Source of the DNA: the human T2T-CHM13v2.0 reference genome, Homo sapiens | Length of the DNA: 64,000 bases | NCBI RefSeq assembly: GCF_009914755.1 | Contig: NC_060931.1 | Direction: 5' to 3' (one strand) | Shown: piece after piece, positions 51,201 to 64,000 of the stretch | Layout: each line of letters begins with the position of its first letter | How positions within the stretch are numbered: the stretch's first letter is position 1 | The notes under the pieces: model-generated | Databases searched by the model: none | What the model saw: the letters and a program-made list of their open reading frames with translations, nothing else | What the model was told of the DNA's origin: nothing | Position numbers and translations under genes: made by a program

Positions 51201-54200
51201 TTCTGTTCTTGTCTTGATTATTTCTGTTCTTCTGCTGGGTTTGGGTTTGGATTGTTCTTTTTCCTCCAGCTCTGTGAGGTGTGAGCTTAGATTGTTTATT
51301 TGTGCTCTTTCAGACTTTTTGATATAGGCATTTAATGCTATGAACTTTCCTCTTAGAAATGCTTTTGCAGTATCCCAGAGGTTTTGATAGATGTGTCACT
51401 ATTATCATTTAGTTCAAATAATTTTTAAATTTCCATCTTGATTCATTGTTGGCTCAGTGATCATTCAGGAGCAGGTTATTTCATTTCCACGGTTTTGGGG
51501 GTTCCTTTTTGAGTTGATTTCCAATATTATTCCACTATGATCTGAGAGAGTACTTTATATAATTTCAATTTTCTTAAATTTACTGAGACTTGTTTTGTGG
51601 CCTATCACGTGGTCTATCTTGGAGAACGTTCAATGTGCTGATGAATAGAATGTATATTCTGCAGTTATTGGGTAGAATATCTGTAAATATCTGTTAAGTC
51701 CATTTGTCATAGGGTATAAGTTAAATTCATTGTTTCTTTGTTGACTTTCTGTCTTGATGATGTGTCTAGTGCTTTCAGTGGAGTATTAAAGTCCCCCACT
51801 ATTATTTGTTGCCATCATTCTCATTTCTTAGGTCTCATAGTAATTGTTTTATGAATTTGTGAGCTCCAGTGTTAGGTGCTGATATGGCTTGGTTGTGTCC
51901 CCACCCAAATCTCATCTTGAATTGTAACTCCCATGGTTCCCACATGTCATGTGAGGAACTCAGTGGGAGATGATTGAATTGTGGGAGTGGGTCTTTCCTG
52001 TGCTGTTCTCATGATAGTGAATGAGTCTCATGAGATCTGATGGTTTTAAAAATGGGTGTTTCCCTGCACAAATTCTTCTTCTCTTGTCTGCTGCCGTGTT
52101 AGATATGGCTTTCACCTTCTGCTGTGATTGTGAGGTCAACCCAGCCATGTGGAACTGTGAGTCCATTAAACCTCTTTTTCTCACCAGTCTCAGGTATGTC
52201 TTTATCAGCAGTGTGAAAATGGACTAATACAGGCGCATATACATTTAGGAATGTGATATTTTCCTGTTGGACTAGTCCTTTTATTATTATATAATGACCC
52301 TCTTTGTCTTTTTTAACTGCTGGTGCTTTAAAGTTTATTTTGTCTGACATAAGAATAGCTATTTCTGCTCACGTTTGGTGTCTATTTGCAGGGAATACTT
52401 TTTTCCACACCTTTAACTTAAGTTCATGTGAGTCTTTATGTGTTAAGTGAGTATCCTAAAGAGCAGACACTTAGTTGGTGAATTCTTATCATTCTGCCAT
52501 TCTGTAACTTTTAAGTGGAACATTTAGGCCATTCACATTCAATGTTAGTAATGAGATGTGAGGTAGTATTCTATTCATCATGCTGTTTGTTGCCTGAACA
52601 CCTTATTTGTGTTTTTTTTCATTGTTATTGTTACATAGGTCCTGTGAGACTTACTTATGCTTTGAGGAGGTTCTATTTTGGTGTATTTCAGGGATTTGTT
52701 TTAAGATTTAGAGCTCCTTTTGGCAGTTCTTGTACTGTTGGCTTGGTAGTGGTGAATTCTCTTAACATTTATTTGTCTGGAAAAGACTGTGTCTTTCCTG
52801 CATTTATGAAGCTTAGTTTTGCTGGACATGAAATTCTTGGCTGATAATAATTGTTTCCTTTAAGAAGGCTAAAAATAGGACCCTAATCCCTTCTAGCTGC
52901 AGGGTTTATGCTGATGAATCTGCTGTTACTTTGATAGACTTTCCTTTATAGTTTACCTGATGCTTTTGCATCATAGCTTTTAAGATTATTTCATTCATCT
53001 AGACTTCAGATAACCTGATGACCATTTACCTAGGCAATGATCTTCCTGTGATGAATTTCCCAGGTGTTCTTTGAGCTTCTTGTATTTGAAGGTCTAGATC
53101 TCTAGCAAGGCTGGGAAAGTTTTCCTTAATTATTCCCTCAAATATGTTTTCCAAGCTTGTAGATTTCTCTTCTTCCTCAGAAACACCAATTATTCTTAGG
53201 TTTGGACATTTAACGTAGTCCTAAACTTCTTGGAGGCTTTGTTCATTTTTTAAAAAATTATTTTGTCTTTGTCTTTGACAGATTGGGTTAATTAGAAAGC
53301 CTTGTCTTCAAGCTCTGAAGTTTTTTCTTCTTATTATTTGATTCTATTGTTGAGACTTTCCAGTGCATTTTGCATTGGACATCTCTAAGTGTGTCGTTAA
53401 TTTCCAGAAGTTGTGATTGTTTTTTATTTATGCTATCTGTTTCACTGAAGATTTTTTCTTTTTTATCCTAAATCATGTTTTTTTTATTTCTTTGAGTTGG
53501 AGTTCACTTTTCTCTGGTGTCTCCTTGATTAGCTTAATAATCAACCTTCTGAATTCTTTTTCTGGCAATTCAGAGGTTTCACCTTGGTTTGGCTCCATTG
53601 CTGGTGAACTGGTGTGATCTTTGGGGGTGTTAAAGAACCTTGTTTTGTCATGTTACCGGAATTATTTTTCTGGTTTCTTCTCATTTGGGTAGACTATGTC
53701 AGAGAAAAGATCTGGGACTCAATGGCTCCTGTTCAGATTCTTTTGTCCTACAGGTGCTCCCTTGATGTGGTGTTCTCCCCTTTCCCCTAGGAATGGGGCT
53801 TCCTGAGAGCCAAACTGCAGTGATTGTTTTTGCTCTTCTGGGTCTAGCCACTCAGTGAAGCTCCCTGGCTCTGTGCTTGTATTGGGGAGTGTCTGCAAGG
53901 AGTCCTATGATATGCTCTGTCTTCAGGTCTTTCAGCCATGGATACCAGCACCTGCTATGGTGGAGGCAGCAAGGGAGTGAAATGGACTCTGTGGGGATCC
54001 TTGGTTGTATTTTTGTTCAGTGTGCTGGTTTTGTATTAGTTGGCCTCCAACCAAGATGTGGTACTTTCAAGAGTGCATCAGCTGTGGTACTCTAGGAAGG
54101 TTTCAAACTTTTCCTAGGGTCATCCAGTTAAGTATTCATGTTTCTCAGGCAGTGGGCAGGGCCATAGAGCTCCCAAGAGATATGTCCTTTATCTTTGGTA

Positions 54201-54755
54201 ACCAGGGCTGGTAGAGAAAAACCACGAGGTTGGGGCAGGGATAGGCTTGTCTGAGCTCAGATTCTCCTTTGGAGGGTCTTGCTATGGCTGCTATGGAGGA
54301 TGGGGGTGTGGTTCCCAGGCCAATGGAGTTATATTCCCAGAGGGATTATGGCTGCCTCTGCTGAGTCATACAGGTCACCAGGGAATTGCGGGAAAGCTGC
54401 CAGTCACAGGCCTCATCCCACTCCCACACAGCCCACAATCCTAAAAGCCAGTCTCATTCCCACCATGCCCCACAAAGAGCACTGACTCTATTACCAGGCA
54501 GCCAGTGATCAGGGCTGAGAACTAGCCCCAGACCACCAGCCTCTCCACTGAGAAAGCAAACAGACTCACAGTTTTCAGCATCTCAGGGAGCCTGCAGCGG
54601 CAATCCAGTTCCTTCAAATGGCCTGTGGTTTATCTCAGCTTTCCTGGTATCATCCTGCAGAAGTTCTTAGAGCAAAAGTTCACCATGTAAGTCACTACAC
54701 ATTGTTTTGTCTGTCCAAGCCAGAGCTTCAAGCTAGTCCTGCCTCCTATCCACCA
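48275..54755 (-). mobile_element. Essentially full-length L1PB1/L1PBa (decayed), interrupted by THE1A
   Basis: L1PB1 3' end (atttcaataggttttt..ggaacaggtgg); ORF2 fragments (50573-50776, 50857-51102, 52099-52350); ORF1; 5' end agctagtcctgcctcctatccacca. Confidence 0.95.
51880..52231 (+). mobile_element. THE1A/B solo LTR
   Basis: tgatatgg...ggactaataca; TSD ggtgc/ggcgc at 51875-51879 and 52232-52236. Confidence 0.95.
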
Positions 54756-55712
54756 CTAGAAATTTTGTTAAGGGAAAAATCTGAAGAATTATAAAATGAA
54801 AATCCATTTGGGGGAGTTTGGAAATTCTTCCCAGGCTGAGAAACAGTCTCAGATTTCAGACCTCAGCCTGTATATAGATTAGTTATTTCACAGGTAACCA
54901 AGTCACCGTTTTCTGAGTGGGCACCGTTTACTGGTGCCCAATAAGTAATACTGAATGTTAAGGTGTTTTGTTTTGTTTTGTTAACTATATATAACTGACC
55001 CTAAAGACTCTCAAGTCTTCTTTGTAGAATTGAGAGCTGCTCTGCTGTTACTCCAATAAAACTGCATAGTGAGTTGGCATTTGGAATGATTGGATTTAGG
55101 TTGTTGCTACAGTCCTGCAAACCCTGGACTTCTCAAACTAAAACATGTCAAATTATGAAACTGTAGTCACTTAACAATCTGAACTGGAATTTTATACTTC
55201 AACATGTTCATCATGAGAATTTTCAGATTTACAATTTGTAGACCTAATCATTGTAAATACCTATGCATTCAACAGCTCACCTCTGATGGATGCAGAGACC
55301 CTTAACTGAGCCAAAGGGACAATTTTTCCCCCTGCAATAGGTGGCTCTACTGTTGTGGGTGGGAAACATGTACAATAAATTATTTCTGCTAAAGAAAGGG
55401 TGTTGAAATCTAAAGCCCAATTTGATATCTTGATGCCTTCTAAATTTTGCAAGCCCATATTCAACTGTCATTGCAGTTGTTATTACCTTAGTATACAATA
55501 TAAGTGATGACATGTAACCCTTTATGAATTAACAGTGTATGCAAATACTAGGAGCTTCAATTTTTTTCTCCTGAGTGTTTGTTATTCAAATAAAATAATC
55601 TTGAGGGCTTATAGGTATAAGTAGATATAGAAATAATCTATTTTTAACTATTTCTAACTAATTATTTTACAGATAAATAGAGTGAGGCCTATGGTTAAAA
55701 AGCAAATGAATA

Positions 55713-56063
<351 letters not shown>

Positions 56064-56329
56064 TTACTGATGGTCTTTCTCCTATTATACACTGATTCCC
56101 TTTCTGGAAATAAAAGTACCTTTTAGCCTCAAGTTTTTCCAATATTATTAACTTAGGAATAAAAGGCTTTATTTAATCTCCAAAGTCTATGGCATTTTAG
56201 CAAAACATCCTAACAATATTTCAGCTTGACTACTTGAAAATATAATTCATTATTTTGAAGATGGTAAAGCATAGTTATTATAAATGATTCCTCATGAATA
56301 TTTGTGACTTCAACAGCAATTTCTTGCAT

Positions 56330-56490
56330 GTATATACATATACACACACACCCCTACACACACACACACACACACACACACACCCCTACAAACACATCTT
56401 TCAGGAATGCCATCCCTTACATAAAGATGCATATAAATGTGGGTATGCATACACATACACACATATATCTACACACTCACAGACACACAT
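56330..56490 (+). repeat. Compound (CA)n/(TA)n microsatellite
   Basis: Interrupted CA runs. Confidence 0.9.
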
Positions 56491-56853
56491 CTTTCAGGAT
56501 GGCCATGACTTATGTGAAGATGGAGTCCTAACATTTAATATTTTTTAAAACTATTAGGAATTGTGCTCATTGAGAGAAATCCAATACTTACAATGCTAAA
56601 TCTTCAAGCTATTGAGGAAATAGCTGGAAAAATTGGAAAAGAGATTTGTTTCTTTCTGTTCCTTTTCAAGGGCAGAATGAAAACTGAGGTGTGAAGTTTA
56701 CAGCTGTGTTTCGGTTCCATAATGAAAGGTCTTGGAATCACAGGTTGATGTAATTTTAATAGTGCATATCATTCCCATCACTTTGGGTACTTTGGGAGGT
56801 GTTTCCTACCGTCTGGGTCTGTTCGCATGTTCACGCAGCCTGCCATCTGAGAA

Positions 56854-56884
56854 GGAATTTTCCCTGGCGGCCATGACCTAATTT
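56854..56884 (-). promoter_or_regulatory. Candidate NF-kB-like site (GGGAAAATTCC) and RORE (AAATTAGGTCA)
   Basis: Motif matches within a non-repetitive, CpG-retaining segment; function not demonstrated. Confidence 0.3.
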
Positions 56885-57556
56885 CAAGGTTCTGGCAGCT
56901 GAATGCAGGCGACTGACAGCCAAGGTTTTCCTACTTAGCATATTAATCACCTCCATTTTTAGCATGCAGCCATGATAAGAGGAAGCCAGTGATGGATTCA
57001 CCAGCTTTTCTGAAAATCAGGCTGATAGAACACCCTATGCACCTCTGTAGACCTCAGACTTTCCACACATACGTTTTTTGCGGGCATATCTGAGTTTCCA
57101 GTTTCTGGCTCTTGTTCAGACTTGAACATATGCTATATACAGTGAAAAGTGGTTGGATTCTAGAAGGTGTCGAAGTTTACTAGCTCAGATAAAGATCGGC
57201 CTGTTGCTTTTTTGTTGATTACCTTTTCTTCCCCTTTAATTCCCTTTTATACTTGTTCCTGTAATCTAAGGAAGAACATTTCATTTTTCTATAGAAGGAG
57301 ATGCTTATGCAGAGCCAAATGAACCATTGCCCTGTTCTATTTTCTGATGATATGCATTTTTAGTGACATAAGAAGAGAAAATCTTATTGATTTAGCATTC
57401 AATAAGAGTAAAATGATAAAATATTCAAATAAATATTTCAGTGTTTGAAAATGGTATAGAATCTATTGTTTGGAAAAATCTTTGGGCTTATCTGAAATAA
57501 CTTTCTATTTTATTTCTTTAAAAACTTGACAAACGTTTACTTCTTTTGCATTACAG

Positions 57557-57592
57557 GTCATAGGAAATGAAACAGACTGCTGTTTTCATGAG
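57557..57592 (+). other. Candidate 36-nt cassette exon (VIGNETDCCFHE)
   Basis: Acceptor ttcttttgcattacag|G, donor GAG|gtaata, only phase 0 open. Confidence 0.3.
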
Positions 57593-59866
57593 GTAATATT
57601 GTTCCTCATCTCATTAGCTTTCTTTGTTTGGATGGCATGAATTTTGACCAAAACACGTTTTTTTTTCCCAAGTAGTTGTAAGCTGCTAACACTATCAAAA
57701 AGGAAATTTAATAATAAATATATTGGTATTTTTATTTATCACATTGAAGTTTTCATTTTTCTTTGAGATTTTAGCTAAACGTCAGTGATAAATATGATGA
57801 AAAAACAAATGATGGTTCAGAAAAATCATGTCATTTTATTTTCCTGTGTATGTCTTAGTTTCTTTTTTGACTGTGTGATTGTTTTTCTTAGAAGCATTTA
57901 CAGAGGGAAATAAGGACACTCACCAAATAGGGCTAATTTGAAGAAGGACACAGCTGACTTAGTAGGAAGAAGGCAGAAGAATTATCTCCTGGTAATCAAG
58001 ACTCTGAAAATAAGACTTAAGATAAAAGACTGGATACATGCAAGAACAGAGTTCTTAAAGATCACCAGCTGAAGATTGTGATTTTTCATTCTTCTATGCC
58101 CTAAGACAGCCATATTTTACCATTTGAAACATAAATAAAAATGACTTCCAGGCTTATTTGATTACAGACTGAATTGCTCTATCATAGGATGACAAGCAAT
58201 GACAGATAGGTTCCCCATAAAGAAAAGTCTGTGAGACTCCATATTTCCTGTAAAAGATGATATGAGGAAACCGGGCAGATTTTTCTTTCATTCATACTCT
58301 TTTATATGGGGGCAATAGTACTGTCAATCTCTATTATATCATTAGGTTACCTGGAAGGTCTTATGTTTGGCAGTGGAATGTAAGTTTTAGGGTAATTTTT
58401 CTGAGTGGCAACCCAAGGCCAATGTAGTAAATTTTGAAAGATCAATTAAATTACAGAAAAGGCTTGCATAACATAAATGTGTTCTGCCCACTTGTCAACA
58501 TGGGTAAAGATATTAATATTGTAACAAGTGCAATGACAGAATTTCATTTTCAGACTCCAGACTTCTTAACAGTAGCAGTGGCAAGGCATCAAACCAGTGA
58601 GTTTTGCTTCTTTAATAGTTTCTATAAAACTTGACAGCCTTTCTGTACATTGCAAATACTCTAAAACCACATTGACTTTATACATTAGCTAAACTGCCTA
58701 GGAACTTTTTCTAGATACAACTAATTCCTGAAGGTGAAGAAGACAGTGTGAGTATTGCAAGATCATGGATGCAGTTCTTCGAGGTAAAGGCTGTTTTACT
58801 CACATTTGTGATGTCCTGTTTGTCACATAAAAGAAAGTCAATAGATGCTTCACTGATTGAATGTATAAAGCTGTGAGCTATGAAATTTCTCTGAAGAAAA
58901 AGGTGAAAAGTCTGAATTCTTCTTGTGCACCTCAAGTGATAGTCATTGTTAAGTAAACCTAAGTGGCATGAAAGTGTAGGGTCAAGGATGATAAAAGGGA
59001 CATTTTAAAATTATATTTAAACAGGAGGTGCCATGGCATAATATTTTCAGTTTAGAATCAAAAAAGAAAATGACTTTTTCTGCCAAAGACAAAAGTGTAA
59101 ATCTGTTTCCTTCTCCACCATATGCCACAAATAAAAAAAAAAAAAAATCACAGATGTCAAAGAGAACACAGGCTGGAGGAAGCCATCCAGCTACAAGGAC
59201 CAGTAAATAGTCAAAACCCATTCCTAGCTCAACAGTAAAGCAAAATCCAATATTTAATAAGCATAGCAGAGAGGAGGAGAGTTGTAAGATATGTACTTAA
59301 ATTTTACCTGCATGCACATATGTCTTCAGACCTTCAGATTTGCTCTCACTCCTGGATCCAAAGTTCTGTTCTCTACATAATTTTTGTATTGTTCTAATTT
59401 TTCCTTTAGAACTTATGTCAAGCATCATGCATTCTTCCCTGATTTTTTTTTTTTTTGGAGCAATCTTCTCAACTCCTCCCAACAGCATATTACATATGCC
59501 TCTCTTTCTCCATTTGCTTTTACTCCAGTTAGAATTTGGGAGCCCAACAGGATTATATCTTGTTTGTAATAGCTGCTCTAGCTCCTAGCACACCATTTGA
59601 CACATAAAGGTAATAAACAAATATTTATTAAGTAGTTGTTAATTAAATCCAAAACTTGGTAACAAAAACACATTATCAAATAAATGAACATCTCCCAGCA
59701 GGCAAAGAGGACCTAACAATCATTGAAAACATGACAAGTCTAGGAAAAGAAACCAGAAGAGAAGAAAAATGAAAATCTTCTGTATTCCCATATTTGATTT
59801 TTCCAATTCGTACAGCTGATAAACTATCCAGTCTAAAGGCAGTGTCATTGTTAGTGCATTAAAATA

Positions 59867-60142
59867 CTGTAATCCCAACACTTTGGGAGGCCAAGGTGGG
59901 TGGATCACCTGAGGTCAGGAGTCCAAGACCAGCCTGGCCAACATAGCGAAACCCTGTCTCTACTAAAAATACAAAAATTAGCTGGGTGTGGTGGTGGGCA
60001 CCTGTAATCCCAGCTACGTGGGAGACTGAGGCAGGAGAAACATTTGAACCCAGGAGGCAGAGCTTCCAGTGAGATGAGGTAGTGCCATTGCACTCCAGCC
60101 TGGGCGACAAGAGCAAAACTCCACCTCAAACAAACAAAAACA
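59867..60142 (+). mobile_element. AluSq/Sp-like, 5'-truncated by ~24 nt
   Basis: Starts ctgtaatcccaa; gggcgacaagagcaaaactcc; short TSD taaaata. Confidence 0.93.
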
Positions 60143-60239
60143 TAAAATAAGGCTAACTGAGGACTTTATCTATCTTATTTAACATATAAAATATATTAAT
60201 GTGAAGTTGTACATAATAACTTGTGATTTTTTAATACCG

Positions 60240-62010
60240 AAGCATCTGTATCAGTTTACTTTGTTCTACTTCTTTTTTCTTTATTAGTTTCACCAGTAGT
60301 GTATCACTGTTATGAGTCTTTTCAAATAATCAAAATTTACTTTGATTCTTTCTATTGTATGTTTATTAATAATTCATTAACTTTAGTTGTTATTTCCTTC
60401 CATTTTCTTTGAATTAAATTTGTTGCTATACTTTCAATTTTTGAGACAAATACATAGAACATTCCATTACACCCTTTCTTCTTTACTAATATATATATTT
60501 AAGTCTAGAAAAATTCCTCTGAGCACAGACTTAGCTGCATCCACAGGTTTTGATTCAGTTTTAAAATTTCCCATTTTTTATCCATGTATATTTAGATATA
60601 CATTTTAAATTATAAACCATTGGCTATTTTCTAGCTAGTTATATTGAGTTTGAGCTTAATTCTAACATAGCCAGAGAACAAAACCTTTTTAGTTAACTCT
60701 TGGAAATCTGTTGATACTTGCTTTTTTCTTTCCAATTTTCTTAAGTGATTTCTTGAAAAGATTGTGTAATGTAGTCTTTGAGCATTTAAAGGTTTAATGT
60801 AGGTTAGATCAAAACTGATTTATATTCTTACTGATTTTTTTGTCTGCATATTCTATCAGTTACTGATAAAAAGCATGTTATCATTTTCCTTTATGATTAT
60901 GGTTTTGTCTATTATTTTTTCTTAATGCTTTCAAATTTTAATATAATTAGAACTGTGTGATAATTTTCTGGCTGACTGATGACTTCATCATTATGAAAGG
61001 TTTTTATTGCTTTTCATAACAATTTTTGCTTTGAATTCTTCTTTGATGCAAGTATAGCTAGGCCAGCATTTTTTGTTGTTTGCTTGTGGTTAGTATTTGC
61101 ACAGTATATCATTTTTTATCACTAAAGGTGTATACCTCATAAACAAAGCTGAGGGCTTTTATGGTGTTTGTCTTTGTAATGGGCTGAATTGTCTCTTAAA
61201 AAAATTCATGTTGAAGCCCTAACCCCCAGTACCTCAAAATGTGATTGTATTTGGAGAAGGGTCTTTAAAAAGGTAATTAAGTCAAAATGAGGTTATTAGG
61301 CTGGGCCTTAATCCAATATGACTTGTGCACCTATAATAAGAGAAAATCTGGGCACAGACAAAGGGAAGACCATGTGAAGACATAGAGAGAAGGTAACTGT
61401 CTACCGGCTGCAGAGAGAGGCCTTAGAAGTCTAAGTCTAAGCCTCTCTCCATAGCTTGTATCTTGATCTTGGACTTCTAGCCGCCAGAACTGTGAGAAAT
61501 AAATTTGTATTGTACAAACCACCCAGTCTGTGGCGCTTTGTCATGGCAGCCTTAGCAGACTAACAAAGTCTTCTAATTGGATTATTTGTGTTTCACTCAG
61601 AATGTGTAGACTAAGATAATTACTAATCTATTGGTATGAATTTGCTATCTTATTTGTTTTCTATATTTCATAGACTTTTTCTATGTTTCTTTGAGTTAAT
61701 AATATTTATTTTACTTTTCTCGTCTATTAGGTTATTAATTACATATCGCTTTACTATTTGTTTACTGACCACTCAAAAAAGCGTGTCTTCTTGACTTAAA
61801 GTCTTCTTGAATTAAAGTCTAACATACTAATACTTTTATAACCTACCAGCAATGCTAGGACCTTAGAAGCTCTCTCACCTTTTATGATGTTACTGCCATA
61901 CATTTTATTTCTCAATTTATTTAAACCCCTCTATTACTGTTGTTTTAAAAAGTCAGTATTCTTTTAGATTTGCTCACATATTTACACTCTCCTTTATTCT
62001 TTATTTTTTT
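60240..62010 (-). mobile_element. Ancient L1M/L1ME ORF2 fragment split by MLT1
   Basis: tcttttcaaataatcaa; ttcctctgagcacagacttagctgcatccacaggttttg; ttctatcagttactga; ttagtatttgca. Confidence 0.75.
61175..61567 (+). mobile_element. MLT1A/B MaLR solo LTR
   Basis: tgtaatgggctgaattgt...ccagaactgtgagaaataaattt...agactaacaaa; perfect TSD GTCTT at 61170-61174 and 61568-61572. Confidence 0.92.
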
Positions 62011-62430
62011 CTGCTCCACTGTTATTTTTGGAAGCATTTTCATTTTCTGTATGAGCTTCTATTGCCTGAACTGCTGTAATAGTTTTCTAACTGAGCTGTC
62101 TCCTTATACCCTTTGCCCCATACTCCCCATAGCTTATTTTCAGCATAGGAGTCAGGATGATTTCCATAAAACCTAAAATCATGTCACTCCTCCGCCTATT
62201 TCACTCACAGTAAAAATTTAAGTTCTTCTTTGGCCTACAAGGCCCTTCATGTTTTAGAATCCTTTTGTGTCCCTGACCTTGTATGCTTTCTCCTTTTTAT
62301 GCATTGGGCACAATCTGTTTTACATCTAACAGTCATGCTCCTACTTCAAGGCTGTTGCACTGCCTGGAATGCTTTCCCTTAGCGAATCTGCAAATCTCTC
62401 CCCTTCATCTTCTTCTTGTTCTGCTTATAA
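62010..62430 (+). mobile_element. L2a fragment
   Basis: actgctgtaatagttttctaactg; tcatgtcactcctc; tggcctacaaggccct; tgcctggaatgct. Confidence 0.8.
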
Positions 62431-62819
62431 CCATTTTAGGGAAATACATAGACTAAATGTATTACCTACTTTTTAGTAAAAAACAATCAAAAGCTGATAT
62501 CAGAATATTCAGAGCACTATATGTTAGTGTTTTTTATGTTATGAACTGTTTTCAAAACTCCCAAGTTGTAGGTTCATTTATTTTCAATAAATCATTTATT
62601 CCTTTTCATCAAATTCCAAGATAAAGAATTCATAATTGTTATAACTTTGCCACATTTAGATACTTTCCTGAATACTATTTGAATTTTGGCGCTCGGTGGG
62701 CACAAAACAGGAAAGTAGTATTTCTTACTTAGTAAATATAGATAAAAGTTTATTTTTGCCAGGGTAAATTAGATGTTGTATTTATAGCCCTGGCACCAAT
62801 TGCCTGTAATTAAGGTTAG

Positions 62820-62985
62820 GAACATTAACTGAGCAACTTCTATGAACCACACATTGCTTCAAGTATTTTTATTTAAATAATTCTATTTAATTATGTTAAC
62901 AACTCTTTGATATGTTTATTCCTCTTTGAGGAATACTATTTCTGCTTTATAGATGAGAAATTCTGACTTAATAATTAACTATCTG
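62820..62985 (-). mobile_element. MIR relic
   Basis: aacattaactgagcaacttctatgaacca...atttaattatgttaacaactct...tttatagatgagaaa. Confidence 0.6.
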
Positions 62986-63519
62986 TGCCTTCTGGCATGT
63001 CTACTTCTTATTTTTCTGTTCTGTACATGAAAGTTGGTTGTTAACCTCTCAGATTCTGAGTTTAGAGGATAGAAAATCAACCACTTGCCATAAAAGTAAC
63101 TTCGGCCTGGTCGATTTATCTCCTCAGGCCAGGGTTTCCTCTTCTGCAAACAGTAAGGACTGTAATAACTGTAATTTTTATACAGCGATCTTTCTGATTC
63201 CACTGAACCAGAGCAGAGTAGAGGCAAAAGCATTCAGACTTTGCCTCTAATGTTTCATCAAATCTTACTTTTTTCTTTGCTAACTTTCTCTGGCTGCTAT
63301 GATCCTTCCAATTTCCCCTAAAGGCCAGAGAAAAAAATTGGTGGAGAATGGGCAACAAATGATTGTATTTGGAGTTTCCATACACAGGAAATTCATTTTT
63401 TGATTCAGAAGTAATTATTCTATTGAATATCAGACTGCCATAACTTGAATAATTATAGCAAACAAATTCCAGCATTTTAACCATTTAAAAATAGTTTTTG
63501 CCCACCGCAATGTTTTATT

Positions 63520-63610
63520 TTAGCCTTTAAGCAATTCTATGAGGTAGAACTCATCATTATTGTCATATTATAGATGAGCAAACAGGTTCAGTAAAATATC
63601 TGTGCAAAAC
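63520..63610 (-). mobile_element. MIR core fragment
   Basis: caattctatgaggtag...attattgtcatattatagatgagcaaacaggttcag. Confidence 0.6.
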
Positions 63611-64000
63611 TTCACTGTTGCAAAACTCCAAATATAGCATTTTTCTTATACCACCTGGCTACTAATAAAAAAAATGAGAGACTGCTATTAATTTGTCTGA
63701 TTGTAGTTGACATGGAAAGGAAGAAAATAAATAAGGTAATGCAGCAATTTTCTTTAGAGAATATAGAGAATTGAATGAGCTTTCCTAATCTTAACACAAA
63801 GCCTTCCCTTTATTTGATATGTATTTTAGGCCAGGGAAAGAAATAACTGATTCATTTTTGCTTCAGAAGTAGCATGAATTAAAAGATGGAAGTATTCTTT
63901 CTTGATAACTTTGTTACTGTTTTCCTTATCCAATTTTATGTTTGAAGTAAAAATCAGAACACTTTTCCTTTGCCACATCGATAAATGATGATTTGTTGAT

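Noticed and set aside
54918-54940. Hairpin tgggcacc...ggtgccca (and tgatacca/tggtatca near 13218)
   Set aside because: 8-bp stems with spacers are expected by chance in 64 kb.

Overview
Primate, most likely human or another hominoid, AT-rich intronic or intergenic DNA dominated by transposable elements. It contains two near-full-length L1s (L1PA10-13-like, L1PB1/PBa), a long L1MA, a young 5'-inverted L1PA2/3, six Alus, a complete MSTA MaLR provirus, a deleted THE1C provirus, several solo LTRs (THE1A, MLT2B, MLT1A, MST, MER34-like, LTR41-like), a full-length Tigger1, hAT MITEs, MIR/L2 relics and microsatellites. No intact protein-coding gene, RNA gene or CRISPR array is supported: the ORF track is TE debris or chance ORFs. 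I found no convincing novel multi-gene system. The best leads are: (1) a 27-bp near-perfect inverted repeat with a nested hairpin in apparently unique DNA (38.4 kb); (2) a Tigger1 flanked by a ~190-bp duplication, with two locally templated copies of its own interior; (3) candidate frame-preserving short exons on + (57557-57592, 17997-18080) and an enhancer-like motif cluster at 56.8 kb; (4) two independent MaLR insertions ~85 bp apart in the homologous EN region of two different L1s; (5) several template-switch repair scars. Subfamily names come from recalled diagnostic motifs, not a database search.
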